DNA of 63,060 nucleotides, counting the filler, from an uncultured Chlamydiae bacterium (GTDB lineage: Bacteria; Chlamydiota; Chlamydiia; Chlamydiales; SM23-39): assembly GCA_937899275.1 (NCBI GenBank). It is 5 parts of 5 records of this genome, joined end to end, with 100 filler letters (N's around TTAATTAATTAA, not from the genome) between each part and the next. Parts side by side here need not be neighbours in the genome. Positions count along the whole stretch, not along the records: positions 16,116 to 35,466 come from CALBPE010000046.1; 4 more parts are not named here. One strand, 5' to 3'. Under the pieces are notes generated by a model. That model was not told the origin of the DNA, made no database searches, and saw only the letters and a program-made list of their open reading frames with translations. This document shows, one piece after another, positions 17,837-28,169 of this stretch (its first letter is position 1; each line of letters opens with the position of its first letter). The position numbers and the translations under genes are program-made.

Positions 17837-19355
17837 TATTTAGCGTCGAGTAAAAATGGTATTCATTGATATGCAAATGATCATCGATAGAAAATTCTAG
17901 ATGAGCGTTTGCTTTATGCGCAAAGGAGAGCAAAAACTTTTTGTCGATTACTTCTAAATAATTATCAAACTCTGGATGTACGACTAAACGAAGAGCAAAC
18001 TGATTTTGCGCTTCGATGAGTTTTCTAAGCGCCCTTTCAATTTCCACAGAAACGCTTTCATGGTTTTTGACAAGACCCGATCCTCCGCAATAAGGACAAC
18101 TGGTAAAAAGCGTTTGCATTAAGGACTCTCTATTTCTAGATCGGGTCATTTCGACAAGACCAAATTCACTCATACTTAAAATAGTGCACTTTGCTCCATC
18201 TTCTTTCATATACTCTCGGAGTTTATCCAAAACCCTTCTTTGATTTTTTCGGATACGCATATCGATGAAATCACAAATAATCAATCCGCCAATATTCCGA
18301 ATTCGCAGCTGCCTTGCAATTTCTTCTGCCGCTTCTAAATTGATCCGTACAAGGCTTTCTTCTACATCGCCTTTACTCGACGTTTCTAACGACCTTCCCG
18401 AGTTTACATCGACTGTATACATCGCCTCTGTTCTATCAAAGTAGAGGTAGCCTCCGCAGGGAAGCCAGATTTTTCGTTTCAACGACTTAGAAATTTCTTT
18501 TTCTACAGAAAACCTTTCAAACATGGGGGTTTTGTCGCGGTAAAGCTCAATTTTTACCGGATGTTCTTTTTCATATTTGCGGTACATTTTTTTGCACCGC
18601 TGGTATGTTGCGTAATCATCGATCAAAATCCGGTCATATTTTTTATCAATGGCAGTAAGAAGCGCTTTTTTGATCAGATCGGTTTCTTCATATAGCAAAG
18701 AGGGAACAGAAGAGTTGTGGAATTTTTCCACCACCTGTTGCCAAGAGCGCAAAAGATCGGTTGCCTCTTCTACGAGCATCTCTGTTGAAGCGCTTTGAGA
18801 AGCTGTCCTGCAGATTAGCCCCATATCTTGCGGCATTTCAAATGCGCGGATCAGTTGTTTTAGCCGCTCACGTGTTGCTCTATCTTCAATTTTTCTCGAT
18901 ACGCCTCTATGCGCGCTATTGGGCAAAAGAACGAGGTATCTACCTGCAATAGATACATTGGAGGTAAGCCTTGCTCCTTTTGAGCCGATGGGCTCTTTTA
19001 CTACTTGTACAAGAACAGGCTGATCAGGTGTTAATAGCTGGGTGATATCTTTTGGAGGATTTTTGGATGGCGCAGTAGAAGCGCTTTCCACTGCAAAATC
19101 CATATCGAACATCTCTTCAAATTTTTTTGTATTTTCTAATACGTCACTGATATGAATAAAGCCATTTTCTCCTTCATCGATATCGATGAAGGCAGACTGG
19201 ATATTTCGCAGTGTGTTGGTGACTTTTCCCCGGTAGATATTACCAGTAATTTGTCGGGATTTTTTTCTTTCTACAATTAAGTCGATGAGCTTACCAAACT
19301 TTAGGTGAGCATAACGGATTTCTTTGGATTCTATATTCAGAAGAATTTCTTGCAT
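17817..19355 (-). CDS. rng: Ribonuclease G/E family
   Basis: GNIYRGKV S1 domain, VQVVKEPIGSKGARLT, DVNSG, QLRIRNIGGLIICDFIDM. Start set at MQEILL. Confidence 0.93.
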   Translation of the reverse strand: MQEILLNIESKEIRYAHLKFGKLIDLIVERKKSRQITGNIYRGKVTNTLRNIQSAFIDIDEGENGFIHISDVLENTKKFEEMFDMDFAVESASTAPSKNPPKDITQLLTPDQPVLVQVVKEPIGSKGARLTSNVSIAGRYLVLLPNSAHRGVSRKIEDRATRERLKQLIRAFEMPQDMGLICRTASQSASTEMLVEEATDLLRSWQQVVEKFHNSSVPSLLYEETDLIKKALLTAIDKKYDRILIDDYATYQRCKKMYRKYEKEHPVKIELYRDKTPMFERFSVEKEISKSLKRKIWLPCGGYLYFDRTEAMYTVDVNSGRSLETSSKGDVEESLVRINLEAAEEIARQLRIRNIGGLIICDFIDMRIRKNQRRVLDKLREYMKEDGAKCTILSMSEFGLVEMTRSRNRESLMQTLFTSCPYCGGSGLVKNHESVSVEIERALRKLIEAQNQFALRLVVHPEFDNYLEVIDKKFLLSFAHKANAHLEFSIDDHLHINEYHFYSTLNNERLEH

Positions 19356-19458
19356 GAGATAATCTCGCTTGTATGTGTATCGGAGGCTATGCATAGATAG
19401 CCGGTAGTTGAATAATAACATAGGGAAGATGCGTTTCTTATTCCATAAAAATAAGATA

Positions 19459-20445
19459 TCAACGCCTCCCGTTTTCTTGTAGAGAACAGTCGATTTTTTC
19501 TACTAATTTTTTATCGAAAATCTGCAACATATTCTCTATGGATAAGGCGATCGAATCGGGATTTGTATCGCCGTGACATTTGATCAAAAGACCTTTTGTT
19601 CCTAAAAGAAGTGCGCCAGGAAAAAAAGCATGTTGATCTATCGCTTTTTTTTGTAAAAGATGGGTGCAAAAAGAAAAGGAAGCTTCTGCTGTTTTTAAGA
19701 AAATATTTCCAATAAAGCCTTCCGTTACAACCACATCGACAGCTTCTCCTTCTAATACGGTTTTTGGCTCCACATTCCCAACAAAGGAAAAAGAAGTATT
19801 TTCGCTAAGCGCATCGTAACATCTTTTACGAAAGATGCCTCCTTTTAAAGGCTCTTTACCAATATTTAACAAGGCAACTTTTGGAAAAGCAACGCCAAGC
19901 GCTTGTTGGTAGGCGACTCCCATTTTTGCAAATTGCACGAGGTGCTTTTCCTTTGCAGTAGCATTAGCGCCTACATCAAGTAGGGCAACCGGCGCCTTTT
20001 TTGTGGGAAGAAGCACGCAAAGGGCAGGCCTTTCTATAGACCTCATGAGAGGTAAGCGCAGTTTTGCCGCAGAAAGAAGGGCTCCTGTATTTCCGCAGGA
20101 AATGAATCCAGAAAGCGTCCCTACTTTTAATGCTTCAATACCTTGTATTAGCGAAGAGGCGGTTTTATCGAGAGCTGCGCTTAAAGGATCATCTTCCATA
20201 TGGATTGTTTCTTTGCATACATGAAAAGTGCAAACGCCTTTTTTCTGATCAAAAGTCTGATAAATAGGATTAGATTGGTACGTTTTTTCTACAGACGAAG
20301 AGCCGAAAAAATGGATGAAAAACGGGTCAGCATTTTTTTCCAATAAAGAAAGAATTGAGGCAAAAATAGCGGAGGGATCACATTCAGATCCCATTAGATC
20401 TACGCCAATAGCTGGAGAAAACCGGGGGTTTTCTTGTTTATGCAC
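19459..20445 (-). CDS. plsX: Phosphate acyltransferase PlsX
   Basis: IGVDLMG, SCGNTGAL, IERPAL, LDVGAN, GFIGNIFLKTAE. Directly follows rpmF. Confidence 0.92.
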   Translation of the reverse strand: MHKQENPRFSPAIGVDLMGSECDPSAIFASILSLLEKNADPFFIHFFGSSSVEKTYQSNPIYQTFDQKKGVCTFHVCKETIHMEDDPLSAALDKTASSLIQGIEALKVGTLSGFISCGNTGALLSAAKLRLPLMRSIERPALCVLLPTKKAPVALLDVGANATAKEKHLVQFAKMGVAYQQALGVAFPKVALLNIGKEPLKGGIFRKRCYDALSENTSFSFVGNVEPKTVLEGEAVDVVVTEGFIGNIFLKTAEASFSFCTHLLQKKAIDQHAFFPGALLLGTKGLLIKCHGDTNPDSIALSIENMLQIFDKKLVEKIDCSLQENGRR

Positions 20446-20617
20446 TTTTTTCTATAAATGACTGGTTTTTATAATATCCGCATGCGGGACAAATGCGGTG
20501 CGATCTTCTAGGCGCTCCACAGTTAGGACAAGCAGATAGCTGCACCGGTTTTTTCGCATGGTGAGATCTTCTAGAATTTTTCTTTGCATTTGAGGTCCGG
20601 TTTCTTGGTACGGCCAT
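20438..20617 (-). CDS. rpmF: 50S ribosomal protein L32 (absent from the ORF track)
   Basis: Manual translation MAVPRNRTSNAKKNSRRSHHAKKPVQLSACPNCGAPRRSHRICPACGYYKNQSFIEKSA. Confidence 0.95.
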   Translation of the reverse strand: MAVPRNRTSNAKKNSRRSHHAKKPVQLSACPNCGAPRRSHRICPACGYYKNQSFIEKSA

Positions 20618-20619
20618 GG

Positions 20620-21096
20620 TTAGTCTCCTAAATTTTCCAATTGCTCTAACCCTGAAAAAGGAAAGTGGGTATCTTCTTTTTCACTAGAGCTGTTTTTTAT
20701 AAATCGTTTTACGCTGTCTCTTTCTTTACAACCACCTTCACATTCAACATAACGAGGTAGCTCCAATAAAATCTGATCGCGGAGCGCAGGCGCGAAGTGG
20801 TAAGTAGAAGAAGAGCAGTCTTCTAAAGCTTTGGTATGATAAAAATGGGTCACTTCAATAGGTACAAAAATCATTTCATTGCAAATAATACAAGGCATCT
20901 TTGCTGTTGTTTTGGCATGCGCTGAGATGACTAAATGGTCATTGGCGATATACGCTTTACCCTCAATTTCCACAGGGGCGTCGAAGCAAAGCTCTGTTTC
21001 TTTGCATTCGAGAAAAGAAGGGTCAAGCGGTCCTTGAAATGTCTCCGACTCGCCTTGATGCAGCCTATCCAAATAGATGGTGAGTAAATCTTGCAT
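20620..21096 (-). CDS. YceD / DUF177 family protein
   Basis: CxxC (MPCIICNE), LRDQILLELP, FPFSGL. Upstream of rpmF-plsX. Confidence 0.85.
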   Translation of the reverse strand: MQDLLTIYLDRLHQGESETFQGPLDPSFLECKETELCFDAPVEIEGKAYIANDHLVISAHAKTTAKMPCIICNEMIFVPIEVTHFYHTKALEDCSSSTYHFAPALRDQILLELPRYVECEGGCKERDSVKRFIKNSSSEKEDTHFPFSGLEQLENLGD

Positions 21097-21213
21097 AACA
21101 AAAAATTGAATATTTGCACTAGTTGTAGAGAAAATGCATGCCAGTAGGTCATAACATAATTAATCTACATACAGGTCTAAAATCATACACAAAAATCATA
21201 CAGGAAAATTAGA

Positions 21214-22344
21214 TTAAACTCCAATCTCCAAAAGGATTCTTTTACTAAGAGAGGCGCTTTTTTTCGTTAACTTTTTCTTTACCATTTCTAAATCTTCCTT
21301 GCATCTAGCCAGTGCCTGTGGATTTTGCAGAAACTGCTTGGTCCAATAGTCGATTCTAGAAGGGGTTAAATTCGGGCCAAAAAGCTCTGGAAAAATAGCT
21401 TTTTCTTCTAAAATATTGACTATACAATAGAAGGGCAAATCGATACCCAAACACTTTGCTGCAATCAAATAATCTACTGTTCTAATGGCAAAAACGACAA
21501 GGGTAGGTGTAGAAAAAAGAGCAAGCTCTAAGGTAACAGTGCCTGAAGTTGCAATGGCTTGATCTACTCTTTCCATGAGATCAAACCTTTCTTCTGGGAA
21601 GATAAGATCTGCTTTGAACTCTTCTTTTTTTAAGATGTTTTCAATTAATTTTTGGTGTTTCTTATCCGAAAGCGCAATGGCTGCATGCTGGCCCATTTTT
21701 TTCGCTGCTCGAATTTGCCAGGGAAGATTTCTGATAATTTCTTTCTTTCGGCTGCCGGGAAATAGCCCAAGTAAGGGGATATTAGAAGGGTATTTTTCTA
21801 AAAACGCCCCGTTTTTTTTATGCGACTGGACAGCTATCTGTGATGGATTGCCTGTATAACAAGCGGTAAGGGAGCTTTTTGTAAATAGATCTTCTTCAAA
21901 AGGGAAAATTGTTAGGAGAAGATCGAGCGCTTTTTCCATGATCTTAATCCTTTTTTTCCCCCAGGCCCAAACAGAGGGGCAAATGTAGTGGATATTTTTC
22001 CCAGAAAACCCCCGTTTTTTTAACGATCGAGCTAAGCGCAGGTTGAATTCAGGGTAATCGATAAAAAGAACAGCCTTGGGCTGTAAGGTTTCAATTTTTT
22101 TTCTTAGAGAGCGCCAGAGGTAAATCAACCTTGGTAAAGCGAGAAAAACGTCAAAAAAACCCATGACGCTTAGCTTTTCCATCGGCAGCAAAATCTCCAC
22201 TTCTTCTTTTCGGATGTTTGGGCCGCCTACAGCTGCAATGTGAAGAGAGGGCCTTGCTTTTTTAAGATTTTGGATGAGCTTTTGTCCATGCGCATCACCG
22301 CTCGGCTCACCTGCTATAATGAGAAGATCAACTGGTTTTTTCAA
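21214..22344 (-). CDS. lpxB: Lipid-A-disaccharide synthase
   Basis: IAGEPSGD, IDYPEFN, PSVWAW, LFPGSR, SGTVTLE. Confidence 0.95.
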   Translation of the reverse strand: MKKPVDLLIIAGEPSGDAHGQKLIQNLKKARPSLHIAAVGGPNIRKEEVEILLPMEKLSVMGFFDVFLALPRLIYLWRSLRKKIETLQPKAVLFIDYPEFNLRLARSLKKRGFSGKNIHYICPSVWAWGKKRIKIMEKALDLLLTIFPFEEDLFTKSSLTACYTGNPSQIAVQSHKKNGAFLEKYPSNIPLLGLFPGSRKKEIIRNLPWQIRAAKKMGQHAAIALSDKKHQKLIENILKKEEFKADLIFPEERFDLMERVDQAIATSGTVTLELALFSTPTLVVFAIRTVDYLIAAKCLGIDLPFYCIVNILEEKAIFPELFGPNLTPSRIDYWTKQFLQNPQALARCKEDLEMVKKKLTKKSASLSKRILLEIGV

Positions 22345-23593
22345 CAGTTTTTCTAGGCCTTTTTTTGCGGGTTTTTTTTGCTAAAATTTTCTTACAAAGA
22401 TCGCGGTAAAATGCATATTTGTCTTCAAGTTCAGGCTGTATTTTGCTTCTCAGCTCGAAAAACTTCAGCGCTAAAGGAAGGCTTGTATCAAATGGGATGC
22501 GCCGTTTTTTTGTGGGGTTTTCTTCTACAGGGGTAAATCTACACTGCGCTGTTAAGATATAAAGGATAGCCCCCTTCATTTTTCTAGGCAGCTGGAAAAA
22601 AGGTGAGAAAATCGCATCGATCGACTCTGCAGCTACTGCAGAAATCGCTTGTAAATGTAGAGGTTTTCTCTCCGCTTTTTTTTGTAGGTTTTGTACAAAA
22701 AGAGGATAGCAAAGGCAGCTCACTAAAACAGGTCGAAGAAGATGCGTTTTTTCTGTGTCTTGATCTGCCTCCTTTAAAAACTGTAAGACGTAGGCAAGCA
22801 TCTTTTCTTCTATTGCGGGAAGAAGAAGTTCGATCAAACCAAATTTTGCAAGGTTTTTAATGAAAGGGGCGCTAAAGCCTGATTCTAGCATCCGCAAAAG
22901 CTCTTCCAATATTCTTGCTTGGGAGCTTTTGGTGATATCTTTGCGGCATATTTTCAGCGCATCTAACGTTTTTTTCTCTACAGAAAGGCCAAATCTAGCT
23001 TGGAATTTCAAAAGGCGAAGCATCCGTACAGGATCTTGTCTAAATCTAGATACAGGCTCACCTATACTGCGAAGTAGTTTATTTTTCGCATCCAAATAGC
23101 CGCCTACATAATCGATGATGACTTCTGATTCTAAATCATAAAATAGGCCATTGATAGTGAAGTCTCTTCTTAAGACATCATCTTCTTCTGAGCCGAAGGT
23201 GTTGTCGTGTACAATCAGGGAGCTATTTTCAAGATCGCCTGTTCGAAATGTTGCTACCTCAACAATTGTTTTTCCAAAACGGATATGGGCTAAACGAAAC
23301 CTTTTTCCGATGAGGATGCAGTTATTAAAGATGGCTTTAATCTCTTCTGGTTTTGCGCTAGTGGAGATATCGAGATCTTTAGGAGATGCTCCAAGCAAAA
23401 GGTCTCGCACCCATCCACCTACGATATAGGCAGCAAAACCGTGCTCTCGCAGTTTTTTGATGATATAAAGCGCGTGGCGATCGGCAGGCTTAGGCGAAGA
23501 AAGGTGTTTTTCTATCGTGTAAAATTGTGGCTGCAAAATGGAAGAATACACTCCTAAAAACATAAATTTATCAGGGTTAAGGAAATATGTCAA
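22328..23593 (-). CDS. pcnB: Poly(A) polymerase / tRNA nucleotidyltransferase family
   Basis: VGGWVRDLLLG, DLDIST, LIGKRFRLAHIRF, RRDFTINGL, DPVRMLR. True start may be slightly downstream. Confidence 0.9.
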   Translation of the reverse strand: MTYFLNPDKFMFLGVYSSILQPQFYTIEKHLSSPKPADRHALYIIKKLREHGFAAYIVGGWVRDLLLGASPKDLDISTSAKPEEIKAIFNNCILIGKRFRLAHIRFGKTIVEVATFRTGDLENSSLIVHDNTFGSEEDDVLRRDFTINGLFYDLESEVIIDYVGGYLDAKNKLLRSIGEPVSRFRQDPVRMLRLLKFQARFGLSVEKKTLDALKICRKDITKSSQARILEELLRMLESGFSAPFIKNLAKFGLIELLLPAIEEKMLAYVLQFLKEADQDTEKTHLLRPVLVSCLCYPLFVQNLQKKAERKPLHLQAISAVAAESIDAIFSPFFQLPRKMKGAILYILTAQCRFTPVEENPTKKRRIPFDTSLPLALKFFELRSKIQPELEDKYAFYRDLCKKILAKKTRKKRPRKTVEKTS

Positions 23594-23677
23594 TCCTGAG
23601 AAAGGTATTAAGAGCCAGATTGTGGTGGAAGAGCTGCCTGATAAAATCGGTAGTTACACGCGCCGATTATAAAAAAG

Positions 23678-25369
23678 CTATCCTGCTATTTTTACGTCTT
23701 CTTGAAGGCTTGCTCTCCATGCATCGACCGCTTTTGGATAAACGGTGGATCCTTTTTTCAAGGGGGAGTTTAAGTCTTTAAATGCGCCAAAATCTTGAGG
23801 TTCTACGCCCATATCCCATTCTAGGTTGCGCATAAATGACCAAAGAGTAAATCCGGTGAGATTTTCTTCGCCGATGATTTGTGCTGCTCGGTAAGCTGCA
23901 TAAAGAGCTCTTGCGATGTACCTGCCCCGCTGCGTATCGTCAGCTGTGGAAATCCCGTTTTCTGTGATTTCAATAGGCATGCTAGGCGCATCTGGTCCTC
24001 GATTTGCATTACATGATTGAAAAAGATCGATGATGGCTTTGTAGAGCCCCTCAGGGTTTTCTCTAAAAGGCATCTGCGTCATTTTCTCACAGTAGCTTGT
24101 TGAGCCCAAAAGGCCGATCAACGCTTCAGAGTAGAATTGTAGGCCCATGAAATCTGCTTTCAACTGGCCTATTTCTTCATGCACATGCACGCCAGGCATA
24201 GTGAACCTGAATGTGCCTGTTTTTAGCCAGTTTATGATGCATTGATTTGCAATTCTGTTGATGATGGTCGTCACGGGCTGTAGTACTACATTTGCATGAT
24301 GCAGGTTTAAGTATTGATGGGTAAAACCTACTTTGACGTTTTGATTTATTTTTTTGATGATGCCATAGGCTATATTGTGCGCTTTTAAACAGCCGGCTAT
24401 ATGTTTAGCAGCTTTTGTGAATTCCATGCTTTTCCCCGGTGGAAAAGCGCCTCTGACAAACCTAGATAACCCTTCTACTCCCGGCTCATTGATAGTATAG
24501 ATGGAGGAGACTAAAGGCTCTTCATTTTCAATAAAGGGAGCAATTGCTCTTTCTACAAAATTGCGGAAGTGCTGCAGGTTTTCTTCTTTTCTAAAGCTGC
24601 CTTTATTAAAAAACCATGCAGGCTCAGAAAAATGGTGCATAGTTAACTTGAGCTCAATACCTTCTTTTTTCAGGTCTTTTGCTAGCTCAACAAATCTTTG
24701 GATGATTTCACCGTTCCACTCTTTTTCTGTTGGTTGAATAGCTGCCCAAGGCAAAGAGGTGCGGAAAGAATTTACCTTTAGCTCTTGTAGTTTTGCGATG
24801 ACGGCTTTTCTTCCCTCAGGAGTTTTATACTGCTCTAATAGACTGTCTGGTGTCCAGCGGTTATTTTCTGGAAGTTTTTCTTTGATAAAAGGGCGCCATT
24901 GAGAATGCTCAATCGATTGAGGTGAGTCTTGAAAAGTACAGGAAGCTACGCTCCAGGAAAAGTTGGGGTTATTGTGACCTAGTTTGGTCTTGCCTATCAC
25001 TGCATCAATCTTTTTCCATTCGATAGCGTCTTTTTCCTGGCTGGTTTTGCCTTCTTCTTGGATTTGATCAATTTTACTCCAAAGTCTAGAGTCCTTGCGT
25101 ATAGAATTAAAATCTTCATTTGGGTCAGGTAGCGTAGTGAAATACTTTGGTACGTATTGACACAGGTGGCTGGCAATTTGGCACATGCTTGCCACTATGC
25201 CTACAGGAATTAGGATCACAGTCACGGGAATATTCAGCAGGCTCCAATGACCTTTTTCATCCGGAGTCATACTCTTTTCGATATGTCCCCAGAGGTTATC
25301 ATGTATTTTTGTCATCCAATCAGTAGGATCTAGTGCATCATCTAAGCTGGTCGTCATAGCTACCCTCAT
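23678..25369 (-). CDS. Glycoside hydrolase family 1 with ~130-aa N-terminal extension
   Basis: FRTSLPWAAIQP, TMHHFSEPAWF, acid/base TINEP, nucleophile ITENG, NLEW. Confidence 0.9.
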   Translation of the reverse strand: MRVAMTTSLDDALDPTDWMTKIHDNLWGHIEKSMTPDEKGHWSLLNIPVTVILIPVGIVASMCQIASHLCQYVPKYFTTLPDPNEDFNSIRKDSRLWSKIDQIQEEGKTSQEKDAIEWKKIDAVIGKTKLGHNNPNFSWSVASCTFQDSPQSIEHSQWRPFIKEKLPENNRWTPDSLLEQYKTPEGRKAVIAKLQELKVNSFRTSLPWAAIQPTEKEWNGEIIQRFVELAKDLKKEGIELKLTMHHFSEPAWFFNKGSFRKEENLQHFRNFVERAIAPFIENEEPLVSSIYTINEPGVEGLSRFVRGAFPPGKSMEFTKAAKHIAGCLKAHNIAYGIIKKINQNVKVGFTHQYLNLHHANVVLQPVTTIINRIANQCIINWLKTGTFRFTMPGVHVHEEIGQLKADFMGLQFYSEALIGLLGSTSYCEKMTQMPFRENPEGLYKAIIDLFQSCNANRGPDAPSMPIEITENGISTADDTQRGRYIARALYAAYRAAQIIGEENLTGFTLWSFMRNLEWDMGVEPQDFGAFKDLNSPLKKGSTVYPKAVDAWRASLQEDVKIAG

Positions 25370-25531
25370 TTAAGACAGATAAATATATGGAAAATGCTGT
25401 TTTTACACCAGCTGTTCAACGGTATTTGCTATTGCAAAATAGACTTGTCTATCCATGAGCAAATGGAAAAATCTAGCGTCTACTACTTTTTTTACGAGGG
25501 TTATAGCGGTTTTTTTGCTATGCTTTATTGG

Positions 25532-26728
25532 ATGGATGATTTGCAAAAAAAGATTGGGGGAGCTGCTCTTCTCGTTGCAGGAACATCGATTGGAGCGGGC
25601 ATGCTCGCTTTGCCTGTGGCTACTTCTGCAAGTGGATTTTTCCCCGCCTTATGTGTCTATTTTCTCTGTTGGGGATTTATGACAATGACAGGGTATTTCA
25701 TTGCAGAGCTTGCATTGAAAATGCCTGAAGGAAGCAACTTGATTTCTATGGCAAGGTGCTATCTTGGACCTGCAGGCGCGTTTATTTCCTGGGCTTTGTA
25801 TCTATTTTTGTTCTACGCGCTTTCTACTGCCTATATCTCTCTTGGAGGGTCTTTGACAGCAGGTATCTTACAGCAAAAAATTGGGATAGGATCCCTTCTT
25901 TTTCTTGTCGGCTTTGGCTCTGCTGTATTTTGGGGTACGAAGTTTGTGGATAGGCTCAATTTTTGGTTGATGTGCGGGCTTGTGGGATCTTATTTGATTT
26001 TCCTAGTTTTTGGGCTATCCCGTATCGATTACACCTTTTTATTGCGAGCTGATTTTAGCAGAGCTTTTGCTGTGTTTCCCATTATTTTTACCGCATTTAG
26101 CTACCAAGGTACAGTTCCTAGTTTAGTCAGCTATCTAGATCGCAATCCACAAGCCATTCGAAAGGCTATTTTTTTAGGTACAAGCGCGGTTTTTATCGTC
26201 TACGTTCTTTGGGAGCTATTGATCTTAGGGATGATTCCCTATGAAGGAGTAGGGGGGCTTCGCGATGCGATGCAGGCAAAAAAAAGCGCGCAAGCTCCGT
26301 TAAAAGAGATGTATTCTACAGGGCTTTTATTCATGGCTGTGGAAGGTTTTTCTTTTTTTTCTATAGCCACTTCGTTTCTTGGGGTAACCATGGGGGTGTT
26401 TGATTTTTTAGCAGATGGTCTATCTATCAAAAAAGAAGGGGGTGGTAAAGTTGCTTTATGGCTTTTGACATTTTTACCTCCTATGGTCATTGCTAGCAGC
26501 TATCCAAACATTTTTTTTACCGCTTTGGATTATGCAGGAAGTTTTGGCTGCGCTATTTTACTGGGCTTTTTGCCGATACTCATGGTGGCGATTTCTCGCT
26601 TTTGCCGAAAAGAAAAAGCGCTTCTTTATCCAGGATTTTCTTTTCCTATGGCTGCGCTGCTTTTGCTGATTATTGGAGGGCTGATTATCCGCCAAGCAAT
26701 CGGCTTTATCCAGCATCTTTATTATTGA
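25532..26728 (+). CDS. tyrP: Aromatic amino acid (Tyr/Trp) permease, Mtr/TyrP family
   Basis: GAALLVAGTSIGAGMLALP and ATSFLGV, with multiple TM helices. Start chosen at MDDLQKK. Confidence 0.88.
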   Translation: MDDLQKKIGGAALLVAGTSIGAGMLALPVATSASGFFPALCVYFLCWGFMTMTGYFIAELALKMPEGSNLISMARCYLGPAGAFISWALYLFLFYALSTAYISLGGSLTAGILQQKIGIGSLLFLVGFGSAVFWGTKFVDRLNFWLMCGLVGSYLIFLVFGLSRIDYTFLLRADFSRAFAVFPIIFTAFSYQGTVPSLVSYLDRNPQAIRKAIFLGTSAVFIVYVLWELLILGMIPYEGVGGLRDAMQAKKSAQAPLKEMYSTGLLFMAVEGFSFFSIATSFLGVTMGVFDFLADGLSIKKEGGGKVALWLLTFLPPMVIASSYPNIFFTALDYAGSFGCAILLGFLPILMVAISRFCRKEKALLYPGFSFPMAALLLLIIGGLIIRQAIGFIQHLYY

Positions 26729-26771
26729 GCTCTTTTTGTAAGAAAAATTGCGAATAAATCGCGTATACACT

Positions 26772-27422
26772 ATGACAAGACGTATGCGCAAGTTGTCTGT
26801 TATCGTAACAATACTCCTCGTTTTTTATGTGGCATTTCACTACGTGGAATACCGGCGGTTTCAGTTGGGTAAAACGCGCCCAATTGATACCAAAGGCCAG
26901 CCTAGATATAGCAGGGGTGTAATTGAACTTGTCGTATTCCAAGATTTTCGGTGCGTGGGATGTAAGTATTTCCAAGATCATATCTTTCCTAGGCTGAAGG
27001 TAAAATTCTTTGACCTGGAAAAGGTATCTTATGTGGTTATTCCGTTAGCTTTTTTACTAGGATCAGTAAAAGTATCTCATTTGGCTTTATCTATTCATCT
27101 AGCAGATCCAGCGTATTTTTTTCCTTTTGTAGAAAAAGTTTATGAACATCCCTTTTGGAACAACTCGACATCGTATGCAGCGTTATTACAACAAGCATCT
27201 ACACTTTCTGGTATTAATATAAAGGCAGTAAAAGCAGCTTCTCGCTATAGCGCAGCGCCTGCATTAGATCGCAACTTTGCCCAGGCAAAAAAAGTGATGG
27301 GTAAGGTAGCTACGCCAGGTATTTTTGTAAACGGCGTGGATGTATCAGAGCTTTCTCAAAAAGATTTGATGCGGTATATCGATACAAAGTTATGGGAACT
27401 AAGGAGAAGCGGTGTACGCTAG
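26772..27422 (+). CDS. DsbA-family thiol:disulfide oxidoreductase
   Basis: N-terminal membrane anchor, FQDFRCVGC and cis-Pro loop ATPGIFVNG. Overlaps dsbB. Confidence 0.85.
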   Translation: MTRRMRKLSVIVTILLVFYVAFHYVEYRRFQLGKTRPIDTKGQPRYSRGVIELVVFQDFRCVGCKYFQDHIFPRLKVKFFDLEKVSYVVIPLAFLLGSVKVSHLALSIHLADPAYFFPFVEKVYEHPFWNNSTSYAALLQQASTLSGINIKAVKAASRYSAAPALDRNFAQAKKVMGKVATPGIFVNGVDVSELSQKDLMRYIDTKLWELRRSGVR

Positions 27423-27825
27423 AGCATTTTTTCTTTACTCTGCTTGGTGTATTGCGATTTTAGGGACGTTAGGTAGTCTCTATTTTGGTGAAGGGGGAGG
27501 AAAAACCCCTTGTCCTTTATGTTGGTACCAAAGAATTTGTCTTTTCCCCTTGGTTTTTCTTTTAGGGGTATCTGTGTATAAAAACTTTGCGATGATTTGG
27601 CAATTTGTGATTTATCAAATTGTTTTAGGTATGGGTTTTGCCCTTTATCAGCTGTTGCAATCGTACCTTCCAGGCGAGCAGATTTTTTGTGGTAAAAATA
27701 CCTCTTGCCTTTCTCAAGATGCGATTTATGGCATCCCTTTTGCGTTTTTAAGTCTGCTTGCTTTTTCCGGTATTTTACTTTGTCTTATAGCTGCTCAATT
27801 CGGGAAAAGTGAGGAAAAACTTTAA
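27412..27825 (+). CDS. dsbB: Disulfide bond formation protein DsbB/BdbC
   Basis: GSLYF, PCPLCWYQRICLFP and a second Cys pair. Four TM helices. Confidence 0.92.
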   Translation: MYARAFFLYSAWCIAILGTLGSLYFGEGGGKTPCPLCWYQRICLFPLVFLLGVSVYKNFAMIWQFVIYQIVLGMGFALYQLLQSYLPGEQIFCGKNTSCLSQDAIYGIPFAFLSLLAFSGILLCLIAAQFGKSEEKL

Positions 27826-27890
27826 ATTAAAATTATTTATACTATACATTGCGAAATAGGGTTTATCTTTCGCAAACAAGGAAAAATACT

Positions 27891-28148
27891 ATGATGCAAA
27901 TCAATACAAAATGTCTAGGTTTAGCAGTCGGCTTTGGATGGTCTGTAGCTTGTTTTATCTTTGGAATCACCTCTGCTATGAACTGGGGCACAGCATTTGT
28001 CGATGTGATGTCGTCGATTTATATTGGGTACCGGCCCGGTTTTGTAGGCGCGGTTATTGGCGCTATTTGGGGCTATGGCGGCGGCGCTATTTACGGCCTT
28101 TTAATCGGCTTTTTCTACAACTTTTGCTTAGAGAAAAGAGCGAAATAA
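27891..28148 (+). CDS. Small Gly-rich membrane protein
   Basis: AAGGA RBS, two to three TM segments, SIYIGY..GFVGAVIGAIWG. Confidence 0.7.
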   Translation: MMQINTKCLGLAVGFGWSVACFIFGITSAMNWGTAFVDVMSSIYIGYRPGFVGAVIGAIWGYGGGAIYGLLIGFFYNFCLEKRAK

Positions 28149-28169
28149 GTCGATTACAAGCGGTAAGCT

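Noticed and set aside
27891..28148. Holin / prophage
   Set aside because: Similar small membrane proteins are sometimes labelled holins, but no phage genes are nearby and the context is the dsb cluster.
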